Origin: Plasmodiophora brassicae
Taxonomy: Eukaryota
DNA: 64,000 nucleotides
Reading direction: 5' to 3'
Assembly (NCBI GenBank): GCA_036867785.1
Contig: CP145413.1
Span: forward strand, 1 to 64,000
Part shown: piece after piece, positions 25,109 to 37,744 of the stretch
How positions within the stretch are numbered: position 1 is the stretch's first letter
Layout: every line of letters begins with the position of its first letter
Translations under genes and position numbers: made by a program
Notes under the pieces: generated by a model
What the model was told of the DNA's origin: nothing
Seen by the model: the letters and a program-made list of their open reading frames with translations, nothing else
Database searches by the model: none

Positions 25109-27504
25109 TTAGACAATAACTTGGCAGTCGTAGTACTTCTGGTCGTGGCATTTCCTCAGGGCGTCTACGTCGACCCGGAATTGGTGTTCTTCGCGAGCAA
25201 GGTCGGACAACATTGACAGGACCGCCCCATTAGTCCAGCCGAACCCGACCTGCTCGACGTACTCTCCTCCAGATCCCACTACAATGCAATCGCAATAAGT
25301 TTCCTCGTACGACAGTCGCCGGTCTTGTTGCGCCCTGACCTGCCCCAACGCGAGTCGCGTCGTACTTCTCGTGGATGGCGCCGGTCCGCTTGTATGCCAG
25401 GAACACGGTCTGGATCCATCGTCGAGCAATCTCGCGTGCAAGCTGCTTCTCGTTGGTATCTCGGCCTTCTTGGCGTAAGCCCTCGAACAGCAAATGCTGT
25501 ACCGGGGCCCATGCGTTCGGCCAGTCCCATTGGTACTTACCGACGATAATGGGTGGCGTTGAACTTGTCGCAACGCCACCTACTTGAAGCAGGCCGCTGT
25601 TGGCGAACGACTTCAAGAGAGCCGCCTGGGTTTGGGTCTGTCGCGGATGTCCCTGGAAACATTTGCCCCAAAGTGGCAGGAAGTTGGACGCGAGCGCTGC
25701 TTGTCCGTGTGTCTTCGAGTCCATGTTATAATCCATCTACCGGGGTAACGATCAGAGCCATTCGACAAGCACGAGCATGAACTGCCTGTTTACCCATTGT
25801 GAATCGGACTTGGACCAAAGGACAGCAAACATGCCTTCAATCACAGTTAGTTAGCACGGCGATTGCCAGTTCAGCCATGTTATCGCATTACCATCGGCAC
25901 GGTCCCGGCGGGCCTCTGAACGTTACACGGAACGGTTTAGGTTGTGCAAGCGGAGGGGAACAATTGCATGGCATACCGTCGTATGTGGCTGCTTGTTTGG
26001 CACTACCGGCTAGCTTGTGCATTCGATGCAGTGTCGATTCCACGTTGCAAAGGAACAGGTTCAAGTCCACTGGGATAGTGCTACGCGTTGCGAAATCGCC
26101 CAACGCCGATAGCCACCGGTTCGAGAAATCCCATCCGCTCTTCGCCACATTTAGTTGCCTGGAATGACCAAAGGTGATGTACGCCTTACCTCGGCCGTCG
26201 CAGCTATTTCACTGAACAGTTCAGCGCTTCGATTGCCTGCTATGGTGCCCGCCAGGTAGTCTTGCGCGTACATTTCCGGCCTGGGTTTGTCGGATCCGCT
26301 CCAGTACCTGTTGAGGAGATAGCGACGGTCTTGGCCGTCTACCGGAACAGCATGGCACGAGTATTTCATCCACCAGGAATACTCGCCGTCCAGTATGCCG
26401 AGCGAGTAATGCAACAGACTGCCACAACAGGTCAATAAGGTTTCGACACCAAATATCGTCACACGACCGACTTGGCGGCATCGTTTCTTTGCGAGCGACT
26501 CATGAGGGCATCATAAACGTCAGCGACCATGAGCGTAAGCAGCGGCGGTTGTGATCGGCTCAAGTAGTATCGCCGGCCCCCGTTCGGGACGAAATGATTG
26601 TCCTCCGCATGGTCCAGGAGATTCTCAACCACGTGCCTAGCCGTCTCGACCATATCGCATGCGAGCAGGCCGCGAACGATCCAATATGTGTCCCAGTAGT
26701 AGGTCTCCCTGAATCTACCTCCGGGCACGATCATTATCGGATGACGCGTTCGCAGCAGAGTGTGCCGCATCGGGTGCACGTCAACGTCGGCACACGGGCG
26801 GAATGATAACTCTTTCCAGAACCCATGAATCGCACTCGCAAACTCTCTAACGCCCAGACGCGAATGAGATGCAACGAGCGTTACCGAGGGTCACAAGCAG
26901 CCGTTCCTGACCTCAGTATTGGATCCTTGATTTCGCTGACGAGAGGCGGTTCAGGTTTGAAGTCGGACGGCACGGTGGGTTCGATGTCGGATCCGGGCGG
27001 ATCGAAATACCGGTCGACGAAGCGGCGCAACGTCGGCAATGTATGGTCGGGAAGGGCGTTGAATGCGGCCAGCACGTCGGCCGGTGATGCTCTTAAAGGC
27101 ATGTCCACAAAGTCCTTGCTGACGTTGAATAGCCCCGATAACTGAATCGTACGTAATACATCGCCCTACTCCCAACCGTTTTGTTAGTAAATGTCGCATT
27201 GATGGAACCGAATACGGTTCACCTGACAGAAAACGTCGCATGCATCGGGGTCGCTGTCGATGGCAGAGGTCATAGCCGATGTCGTCTTCTGTGTGGACGG
27301 AAGATGTGTGGCAACCAGCGTCATGACAACGACGACCAGGGCGGTGCCGGCGAGCGTCAGCCAGAGCGACGATGCCGCCGGGGCGGACAGCGGTCGTCGA
27401 CGTTGCACGGACGGGCTAATGGGGCAGGGTCGCGGGGCGAGAAGCTCCACGTGGACCTCATCGTCCTCTGCCAACAGGCCACGATGGCAGTCAGCGCCAG
27501 CCAT
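25109..27504 (-). CDS. Alpha,alpha-trehalase (GH37), multi-exon, with N-terminal transmembrane anchor
   Basis: GH37 signatures PGGRFRETYYWDTY, FVPNGGRRYYLSRSQPP, SGWDFSNRW, QWDWPNAWAP, EKYD, GGEYVEQVGFGWTNG. Confidence 0.93.
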
Positions 27505-27931
27505 ATAGATACCGAGGCAGATTGTTCGAACTGAACGAAAAATTGACGACTCAAACGTGGCGATGCAGAACGATGTTGAATGGCGCAAAGTGGCACTCAA
27601 GCGGAGTCGACCACGCCGCAGTGCCGCCGCAAACCCAAAATAATGAGCGGGCCAAATGGGGCACCTACCGCCACCGTGCAGGGCTCGATCCATCTCGTCG
27701 GACGCCGCCGCAACGCTGTCGCCGACGATGGCATCCGTCACCGCCATGTCCGCGTTGACCGTTGTCTGACCTGAACAGTCACTGACAGACGGGCCGCGCT
27801 TGCTGCAATACAGTACCGTCCCGCTACACGCGATCCGGTCACATAGCTCCAACAGGATGACGCCTCCTCTCCTAATATACCTGTCCGTGTATGCATTGTA
27901 CATTCACGATACGGGTTGGCCGCCGGTAGCG

Positions 27932-29098
27932 TCAGATGAGAAGCTCAAAGAAGCCCATCGACTGTCGGTACGTTTCGGGCAGAAGGCGAATGCTGCGACG
28001 CACGAAGACGATGAACGCGCCAATGATGACTAGTCGTTCACGATCAGGTGTCAGTCATGCAACCATAGCCTGTGGAACGTGACCGTATACCTGAGGAGTA
28101 CACGAAGACGAGGACGACGACTACGACGGTGTTAATAGATGCAGTGGCGATCAGGTACAAGCCAATGAAGTGGGCAGCCCGCAACGCGACCGCTAGACAT
28201 ATTGCAATCCAGACGGACGACTGTGACCCATGAAGGATGAAACTGCGGCCCAGTTCGACGCCGAACTGGACGCCCGTCAGGACGTGGATCGGTATGTAGA
28301 GAAGCAGGGTCCAGAACGTGATCAGTAGGCCTACCAGCAGACCGGCCGTCTCAGGGTCACCACCCGTCAACAGAAGGTTCAGAAAAATGGCTACAAACCC
28401 AGGTCAAACGCGTTGCTATTATCAAGCTAACGAGCGGCACAGTACATGTGATTATGGCGTACCCAGACGCAACCGATGCCGACGTGTACAAGCCGGCCCG
28501 AACCTCTCGCATCGCCGTCTCCATGGCCGTCATGGCGCATCGCTGGTAGGTCGACCGAATCACTATGTGGCAGTGGGATTGAATAAAGCAGTTGCACGCG
28601 CGCCAGGTCTGTTTGGATCCTACTCGCGAATTTAACGGCCTCCTCGACGACGACCAAGACGCCAAGTACGACGCATGCGGCTGCGTCGACGTGGTCTTGC
28701 GGTACGACCGTGCTGATGGCTTGGGCGCATAGGAGGGCAGTGAACAGGATTGTGGGTCCCAGAAAGAACCCGAGGCAGAACCTGCGAATGATGGCGCTGC
28801 GATCGATTATGTCTCCATTGCGTTTCGCCCGCAGGATTAACGCGAGAAGCGGTATGAAATTCATCGGATAGATGACGATCATCGACAGCGAGAATCTAAT
28901 AAGGATGAGCCAGACGGCGACCAGGCCGCCGACGGCGAGGCGACCCCAAAGGTCGAGCCTGTTGGCGTCCTGCGTAACAGGAACCAGGCCCAGTCTGCCC
29001 TCCGATGCGCCTGTCTCCAGTGACACTGCTATTGGCGCATCGGGTCTGGGTGCCGGCTCCGTTGCTGTCATTGGGTGGTGCTCTACCGCCTGCGCCAT
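27932..29098 (-). CDS. PrsW-like multi-pass intramembrane protease homologue, multi-exon
   Basis: Hydrophobic helices with VVEEAVKF (EExxK), a GYA helix, PIHVLTG and a later His; GT-AG introns join the frames. Confidence 0.6.
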
Positions 29099-29147
29099 GC
29101 ACGCAGCCGACGATGGGACACACCTGTAGCCGCCGATTAGCGCTAAA

Positions 29148-30766
29148 TTACGAGTGATCGTCACCGTACTGCATCGTGAGCAGCATGAGGACAGACCTCG
29201 GACTGTCGGCCCGGCAACGCTTAAGGACCGTCCGACAACAGACAGCAGCGGTCACCTGGATGGCACCCTCGTGCCAGCGGCAGATTGCCTGGCGCGCCAC
29301 AGTTCCCGTGCGGTTCATTGTCTGAACCGGCAGGTCGTTGTCGGTTTTGTTACAGCGGATAGTCGGATGTATATTCTTGTTCAAGGATGTCAGACAGGGC
29401 GATGGGTATCGAAGCCATTGACGTTCGGGCCGACGTCCGCTCGCTGCGAGGTGTTTCCAGTGGTGTCCAGCGCCGTGCCGTCGTACCGCCATTTGATGTT
29501 TGGTCCATATTGCCCGCGTTACCCGCTTGCCCTGGTCGGGAAGATTTAACAGGTATGCCTGGCAGTCCACTGCAGCGAGGGCAACGTGTCAGGAGCGCCT
29601 CAGTGGAGATTTACGTTGATTATGACGTACTAGATAAAGCGCTGTCGCTGTCTCACCATGTCATGGACACTGACCCGCGGCAGCATGCTTGACACCAACG
29701 GTGAGCATTTCGACAGGACGTCTCGAATGCGCTGTCGTGCGTGCTTGGTGGTCGCAGCCGGCATCGCTTTGCTGGCCTTGTTGACGTGCTGGCTGTGGTG
29801 GCGGCGGCTGGCAGTGAACGACCCGTCGAACTGATCAGTGAACAGGACGCGTCGCAATTCGCGATTCAGCATTGGCAAGATGGCAGGCTCGGACGCGAAA
29901 CCAGCACGCAAGCAGCGCTCTACGAAATCCACTAGTAGGCCAAAGAACTGATTCGCCTCCGCCTGGGACTCGTGGCGTGCATATCGAAGTAACAGCAGGG
30001 CATACCTACAGATGTTGGATTAGACGCTTTGAAAACTATCTGACGCGTCACTGACCTCCTGGCCATGGTGCCCAGCGCCTGCTGGAGGTCGGCCCGCAGC
30101 TTTGCATTTCGTTTCCATAGGTCTAGGATTCTGCGGGCGATTAGTTTGGCATAGTTCACATGAACGGCAATGGGGCACCGTACTGAGCATCGCTGGGCTT
30201 TTCGAATGTAGAGGAGGTGGATGAAGGCGTGGGCTTGCTGTTTGGAGGCACAGGTGCAGGGACGTGTCGGGCGGCGGAGCATACGCGTTTGTAGGCGAGC
30301 AGGTAGAAGTAGGTGCCCGTGATGAACTGACGGGATTCGGCGCCCGTGGCGAACTCGTGGAATGCGTCTGCCATGGGCAACGTCGGCTCGGCCTGCATCG
30401 ACTTCAACGCGGAATCCATCCAGGTCGACACGTTCACTCGGCAATGATCGGCGTCCTGATGCGCTAGTAGCAATCGACTAACGGCAGAAACGTTAGCCCA
30501 GTGGTTTCCTGCGTAAGGCTTGTTGTGAGCACAACCCACTGCCAGATGATGTTGATCGCATTCGAGGTCGGACTGCTGGGCGCTGGGCTGCCGTTGGCGG
30601 TAGCGCCTCCCCAAGTCGGACAGAGTGCTCCTCTTCGCACGACGTCGCCATTTCGCGATATTGACGATATGATCTTCGACTTAGGGCACGCGATCGCCTG
30701 AACCTACGCTCTCGTATCCGTTGGAATGTGGGAGTGCGATATACGGACGCTTCGTTGGCGCATCAT
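29148..30766 (-). CDS. Hypothetical multi-exon protein
   Basis: Several protein-like minus-strand segments (30156-30614, 29630-29932) separated by GT-AG gaps; no family recognised. Confidence 0.4.
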
Positions 30767-31160
30767 GAATCGCTGTCACAGTTTGTGAGTCCACCTTGGC
30801 GACTACCCAACCGTCGGCAAGACCGATTTCGTCGGTCGAGTCATCGCAACAAACTTGTATATCTGCATGCTGATACGTCCTGATGCATACCTGTTTGTTT
30901 CTGCCTCATGCACTCATGCGCTACCATTCTGCCTTGGAGCATTCGAACCTGGGACTGACTGCCGGACCTGACCGAACGTGTCTAGCGCGCCTTCTCGCTG
31001 TCTGGCTAGCTTCGGTCGCTTGGCGGGCATTTTGGAGCCTGGTGTCGTCTCGTGCGGTGGTCGAGGGGCGCCATTTTTTGTGGAGTGGCGTTGGCAGCGC
31101 GTGCGCGCCCGATTCGTGTTCGCGTTCGGCATCGGGGACCAGGACGAGGCGAAGGAGGCG

Positions 31161-31361
31161 ATGGCGGCCAGCACCAACGCAGTCAAGGTTGTGGCGCGAT
31201 ACGATGACAAGGAGAACGTGGACCCCGAGACGGGCCTGAACGTGCGCTGTGCGGGCCCGTTGAAGAAACGCAAGGAGGCGCGCATCCCGCTTGCAACGCT
31301 GTCACTGACGACGACAAATGCTGCCGGTCTGCCGCCGCTGTCATCTCGCTCTCTACGATAA
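31161..31361 (+). CDS. 66-aa protein with KEN box, D-box-like motif and C-terminal LR
   Basis: MAASTNAVKVVARYDDKENVDPETG...RIPLATL...SRSLR*; GC-ending codon bias. Confidence 0.55.
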   Translation: MAASTNAVKVVARYDDKENVDPETGLNVRCAGPLKKRKEARIPLATLSLTTTNAAGLPPLSSRSLR

Positions 31362-31390
31362 ACGACAAGCGCGTGCCGTACAACGAATGC

Positions 31391-32599
31391 CTATGGTCCG
31401 GGTTTATACCCGGAATGGATCGCCACAATGCCGCCAGACAGGTTCTGCCAGGTGACATTGCTGAACCCGGCGCGGCGGATCATGTCGGCGAGGTCGGCCT
31501 GTGTCGGGAACTGCCGGATGGATTCGACCAGGTACTGGTAGGATGCACGGTCGGCGGCCACCAGCTGCCCCATCAGCGGAATGCAGTGGAACGACCATAG
31601 GTCATACAGCTGCGATAGCATGGACTGCTCGACGTGGCTGAACTCGAGGCACATGAACCGTCCGCCCGGTCGCAACACTCGATGCGCCTCGGCCAGCGCT
31701 GCCTGTAGAGTTCATGCCGGGCAGGCCACTCAGTTGCAATGCCAGAAGCACCACTATCTTCAACGAATTGCACTGTACCTTTTTGTCGGTCACGTTGCGA
31801 AGGCCAAATGCGATCGTGTACAGGTCGACGGATGCATCTGGGATCATAGCCAGAGACTGGGCGTCGGCGCAGAGGAAGGATGGCTGGACGGGGGACTGTG
31901 GCGACAGGTACCCGAGCGACGTGGCGCGTCGCTTCCCGATATCCAGCATTGACTGGTTGATGTCACAGATCGTAACGCGATGCGACAGGCGGGGCTGCAG
32001 AACGGACACGGTCGACCAGCGCGACAGCTCTTCGATACAGCGGAATGCAATGTCGCCGGTACCACCGGCAACATCCAGGATGTGCATCGGGCAGCTTGAT
32101 CGCGACAGTTCGGACAACGCTAGATTCGACACGAATCGCCTAGTGTGCGTCACGTCAGCACGTCCTGTATGTGGACACCGAACGAGAAACATTTGCTGAC
32201 GTTTTCCATAATCGGTGTGTTCCCAACGACATTATATCTGCAATGCGCGAACCTGTGAGCGACGGAATTCACTTGACGAATGCAAATCCGTGCTGTACCA
32301 TTCATGATATCGTACTTGGACGCGACGCGATGGAACACTTCAGCGACCAGATCCGCCTTCTGCTCCACAGGTACCCGAGAGAACCTATACAGAGTAAGGT
32401 CATGGGCAGGGCGGCGGACGCTGAGGTGACTTCCGTACCCGAAGTCAGTAGTGGACGCATCCCCGGGCGGTATCGGCGCGTTGTGCAGCGTGTGGTCTGG
32501 TGATACGTCTGCTGCAGGGGCGGTGGCAGCAGCAGCAGAAGCAGCAGCAGAGGACGCCAATCGCCGGCATAGCATGCGGTGTGTTGCGGTGCGAATCAT
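31391..32599 (-). CDS. COQ5: Ubiquinone biosynthesis C-methyltransferase (COQ5/UbiE), multi-exon
   Basis: [74 protein letters not shown]; mitochondrial-type N-terminus. Confidence 0.95.
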
Positions 32600-33004
32600 G
32601 GCCGGGAGCACAGCGACTGGGCGAGCGGGACCCGTCAGCCTCAGCGGACTCCGGGACTGCAAACTGCAGGAGTGCCGAGATTATAGTTGTGCACTTGTGC
32701 TCCTGCTCAATGGGACGTCCCAGAGATCGCCTGACTTCGACAGAAAATAAAACCAATGCCCTGCCACCCGACGTGGAAAATGTTCTGAAAATGTGTCGAA
32801 AATAAAATTGGTCGATAGTTCGGCCGGGTGATGCAATCTGTTCGTTCTCATTTGATATACTGTAGTAATACCGCCCCGGAGCTGCCGGAACCGCTATTGT
32901 GCCTAGAAGGTTCACGGCTCTCTTGAATGGTGAAGCCGATCATTGTTTGGCCGGAGTCGAGTCGTCACAGCGTTCACTGTACGGTACCAGTACAACACCC
33001 GGCA

Positions 33005-33165
33005 TCGAACGAAAGGTGCAATCCCGCCTGAGTGTGGGAATGTCGCCGGTGACCCTGGAAACATTTGTCGCAAAGTGGCAGGAAGTTGGACGCGAGCAAG
33101 CTTATCCGTGCAACTTGCTGTCGTCGAGTCAACGTTGAAACTCAACTTTCGGGGTATCGTTCAGG
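33005..33165 (-). pseudogene. Decayed trehalase fragment
   Basis: CCCTGGAAACATTTGTCGCAAAGTGGCAGGAAGTTGGACGCGAGC closely matches 25651-25695. It translates LASNFLPLCDKCFQGH versus LASNFLPLWGKCFQGH, with an adjacent stop. Confidence 0.75.
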
Positions 33166-33384
33166 ACATCATCCAAGCGATAGATGCATTTTGGCACGTT
33201 TAGATTAGTGTATACGGCAAGCCTGTTGCACTTAATACCTAGAACGTGTTCATTGTTCAAGCAGTACACAACAAAATTTCACCGTCCGTATCGAACACAG
33301 GCTGAACGTACCGCCGTAGGCAGCCGCGGTGATCTGACTACGCACAATTCCGCCAGTGCGAGCTGCACCACGGTGTCATCAACA

Positions 33385-35245
33385 ATGGAGCCAGGCGCCG
33401 ACTGGACGACATCTGACGCCATCCTGCCCGTGTCGTTTGGTGTGCAATACGATACTGTCGATGATCTTCCAACAATGATCCAGGAGGCGCAGCTGCATGC
33501 CGGCGCGACATTCGTTGTGATTCCGTTAGCCAGCGAGTCGTCGTCGTCGTCGTTCATGCCGTCAACCAAATCAGACCTGTGCCTGACCTCGCAGCAGTGG
33601 TACACGCATGTCGTCGGATGTGTCACTGGGTCGTTCGGAAATGCCCATTTACTACAACAGCTTGACTGGGCCAAGCACTTGGCGCTCACTGCGGTCTTGT
33701 GCGACGGCCCTGGCGACTTGGATCTCATATCGTACGCCTCGACGTTGATGGCGTTGGTACGCCAGTGTCCTACGTTGCAGTGGTGGATCCCTGTCGAGGC
33801 ATCCGCGTACACCAGATGGAACCGATTGATGGCGCTTTGCGACACCGTCACCTCTCACATCAACCCGGTACGTTGTTTTCGTTATTGCAAGCGATGCTGT
33901 TCGGAGTAACAAGATATGTCACATAGGTACCTTTGCTATCCTGCTGTGGAGAAGCGGCGTTACAGTGGCCTGGAGAGCATGTTGGTGCGGTTATCGTCGA
34001 GTCGATCGACGACGTGACCCGCAACCGGGATTTGTTACTGAAGCTTCTCCAACAAGACGTCCGAGTCGTGATTCGCTCGTCGTCGAAGGGCATTGACGAT
34101 ATTGCCAACCACATCCGGCAGATGACGTTGTCGCTAAAGGCGGAGTCGGAGCACACCGTCGCGTTCCGTGATGTCCTTCAGGTGCCTCTGCAACCTCTGG
34201 CCGATAACCTCCAGTCGCAAACTTACGAGGTAATATCCACTTCAATGCTCCAGTATTGCCGTACCATTCTGACCTGTGCCTGTGCGCATGGATATAGATC
34301 TTCGAGCGTGATCCTGTAAAGTATATGCAGTATGAGGAGGCTGTGTTCCGAGTACTGTCAACGAGGCCGGCGGTAGGAAATGCACCTTCATTAGTGATGG
34401 TGGTCGGTGCGGGTCGTGGCCCGCTTGTCAGTGCCGCCCTGCGTGCATCGTCAAGGGCGTCGCACCCGATCTCCGTCGTCGCCATCGAGAAGAACCCATC
34501 GGCATGTGTCACACTTCGAGGAATGAACGCCGACCAGTGGGAAGGTGCTGTTCGCATCGTCGAAGGCGATATGCGTCGTGTCGGGTCCGAGTACGACGGC
34601 CGCGCCCTAATCGTCGTCAGCGAGCTACTGGGCAGCTTCTCCGATAATGAGTTATCACCGGAGTGTCTTCAGGGTGCTATGCGGTTTCTTCTGAACACTG
34701 ACAGCGGTGGCGTGTCGATCCCGTCGTCGTACACGTCCTGGATTGCGCCGATCACGTGTCGGCGACTATGGGCGTCCATGAACTCGCAGCTGGAAACGTT
34801 GCATGTTGTCAACCTGCACACATTCTGGCAGGCTGCCGACCAGCAACCCTGCTTCACGTTCACGCATGATGTCAAGAGATTGGATGTGGAAGAGTCGAAT
34901 GAGCGCCAGGTCACATTGGAGTTTGAAACTCGTGCCGACCACGTTACCGTTCATGGATTCGCTGGGTACTTCGAGGCGGTTCTCTATGAAGGCGACGATC
35001 GCGACGATGATGCGACGACAATCAGCACGGTGCCGGGAAGGGCGACTCCCGGCATGTTCAGCTGGTTCCCGGCCGTGTTCCCTGTGCGGAACCCTGTCCA
35101 ATGGGAAGCCGGGCACTCTCTGACGCTTACCATGCGGAGACGGACGCAGGACAAGCACGTTTGGTATGAATGGGTGGTTGATGCCATGGGCCAATTATCA
35201 CCGATCCACAATGCCAACGGTCAAGCATACGCCATCGGTCTTTAA
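33385..35245 (+). CDS. PRMT5: Protein arginine N-methyltransferase 5, multi-exon
   Basis: LQVPLQPLADNLQSQTYE, FERDPVKY, VVGAGRGPLV, VSELLGSFSDNELSPECL, GMFSWFP, WYEW, IHNANG. Confidence 0.95.
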
Positions 35246-35311
35246 GTGAAACTGTCCCAAATACACAGTGCAGAATGCTTCATAGATGGGCGAACGTTTA
35301 TCAGCGCCATC

Positions 35312-37475
35312 TTATTTCTTAGAACGACGTGTTAGCCCTTCATGAAGCACTTCCTTTTGTTTCGGGGGTTCCGCAGGCGCTGGCTCGGCCTTGTCGCCAT
35401 CCGTCTTCTTGTGGTCGTCCGAGTCGCTCGGCTTCAGGCCATATTCGTTCGTGCGCGTATAGTCAACACGGTAGATCCAGCGTTGGTAAAGGTAGATGAA
35501 GAAGACAATGTCATCGCGAAGGCAGGACAGGCGATGCATCATGGGCATCTTGATGATGAACGCGAACAGATCATCGATGAACGTATTCTGGGACACAGTA
35601 TACAGTCAGGTCTGCACCCTTAAGCGTAGCGCTGGCCACCCACTCACCAATGCCTTGTAGGTCAGCATTCGCCATGGCAGATGCGCAACCGATTTGAGCT
35701 TGTAGTTCAGGTACAGCTGTGGGCACATCAAGATGAATCCGAACATGTACACAAAGCTGGTGGCTGATCCCAGAATCCACGAGTACGTGCTCTTGTGCTC
35801 GTTGTAGACCAGCGAGTACAGAGCGTAACCGACGGCCAGCGGGTACAGCACCCAGGATAGGTACTTGATTGCGACGCGCTCATGCTCGGCCGTTGCTGTT
35901 TCCGTGTACGACGCCTTGTCGTTAAACGTCACATGCGGGAACATCCTGCCTTCAACCTTCTCGACCTTGATGTCCAACGTTTTTGTAACTTTCCAGAATT
36001 CGATAAGCACGCCGACGCCCGCGGACCCCAGCACCATCCATGACGTTTCGTTGTCCAGCAGGTACAGGAAAATAATCAACTGGCAAAAGGAATTGATCAA
36101 GATGGTCCGAATCGATAGGCCTTCCAGAGACTTGTTGTCCTGCTGCCAGAACTGAATGTCGTTCTTGAACGCCAGAACATCAAACACCATATGCAGCATG
36201 GAAACCAAAAACGTTACGACCAACAGCACAGGGTTGGTCTCCATGAGCATTCGTCGAACGCCCTGCACCAGCATGTCAGACCACATTTGCCTTCTGCAAG
36301 TTGCCGAGATACGAACCTCAACTTCTTCCGCTGATGACCCGAACGATTCCTGCTGTTTGAACGAGGCATCCATCTGCGACTGCAGCTGCCATCGCAGGAG
36401 GGATATCGGCGAAAACTGCATCTCGAGCGGTACCTCCTTGACAGTGTCGTTGATGACCGTGCACTGATCTGACAGCAGCCAGAAGTAGTCCAGGTAAACC
36501 GGCGGTAGGTACCCATTCGTCTTCCTGTAACAGTGCCCATGAGAACGAACCCCGACAGGAGCGCCAACATCGATCTGTACGGGTCGATAGTGTACGCCGC
36601 TCTGACTTGCTGCGGAATGGCGTTATTCGGGAATACGGTCTGATCCGTCACGATGCGTATGTGCAGTAGTGGGCGCCACACAGACTGCCACGACGTATCC
36701 TGATCACGTAGCGTCTTATAGGTCGACACCGATTCGATCCCCGACTTCCGAGCCTCATCCAACCCTGGATCACTGAAGACACCTACACGGGGGACATCGA
36801 ACTTTAGAAACGCACTGGCGTGAATGGTTCAAGCCCGATGACGATACCGGATACGAGGTTCAACTTGGTGTTCAGCTTGGGTCGCGGCCGGTACATGTTG
36901 ATGCGATGGGTCAGCGTGAACGCGGGCGCGCCAGTTTCCGGCTGGAACTGGATATGCGCATAGACGCTGGCATTGTGCTGGACTGCCTCCGACAACGTCA
37001 GATTGATGTGACGTGACAGCACTTTATCGGTCGCCCTGTAAAAAGTTGTTAGAGTAATTGGCTGACAGCAGGCAAGGTGGCTGACCAGTCGTAAGTCAGT
37101 GCATGTGGGACCCGCCATGTATCCAAGATATCATCTGGCGACAGAGGGCCATGGTCGCGCTCCGAGATGTGGACAGTGAGTCGGAACGGGGTTTCAGCTG
37201 GCCAAAGGTTGTTGTGCGCAGGTCGAACAGTCCCATCCGGTGACCTAGAAACGTTCCCACCACCGAACATGGACCTGTGAACAAGGCCAATTCAGAGCGT
37301 GAATATCGAAAATGGGCACTGAAACCGACCTGGAGAAGTAGGAGATGAGCGAGTAGATGACGACCATACGAACGGCGGACGTCAGCGTTCCCATCAACGT
37401 TGTCCGCTGTTGAGCATCGGCAGCGGGAGCGGCAGCACCACCGGCCGGTCCAGCCGCTTCGATCACCTGCGCCAT
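35312..37475 (-). CDS. CLPTM1-family membrane protein (lipid scramblase-like), multi-exon
   Basis: ETNPVLL, LHMVFDVLAFKNDIQFW, PQLYLNYKLKSVAHLPWR, NTFIDDLFAFIIKMP, HRLSCLRDD, YLYQRWIYRVD. Confidence 0.93.
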
Positions 37476-37744
37476 GCTCGCGTCGATGCGCAGGCCGCGT
37501 ACGACAGGTGACCGGACGGACTTGCTCACGCAATCGCCGCCGGCCAAAAAACGTCGGCCTTCGCTCCACGTCCACGACGAGTGGCGCCGTACGCCACCAC
37601 CACAGGCGACTGTCGATGAGGTATGCCATATGCGTCATACGTGGTCGCAGCGCATCCAAACAACAATGGCGCAGACATGAAATAATACCCATGCGAAACT
37701 GCTTTATTGCGCGCGAAAGTCCTTTCGCCCACGGTCTTCAGTCG

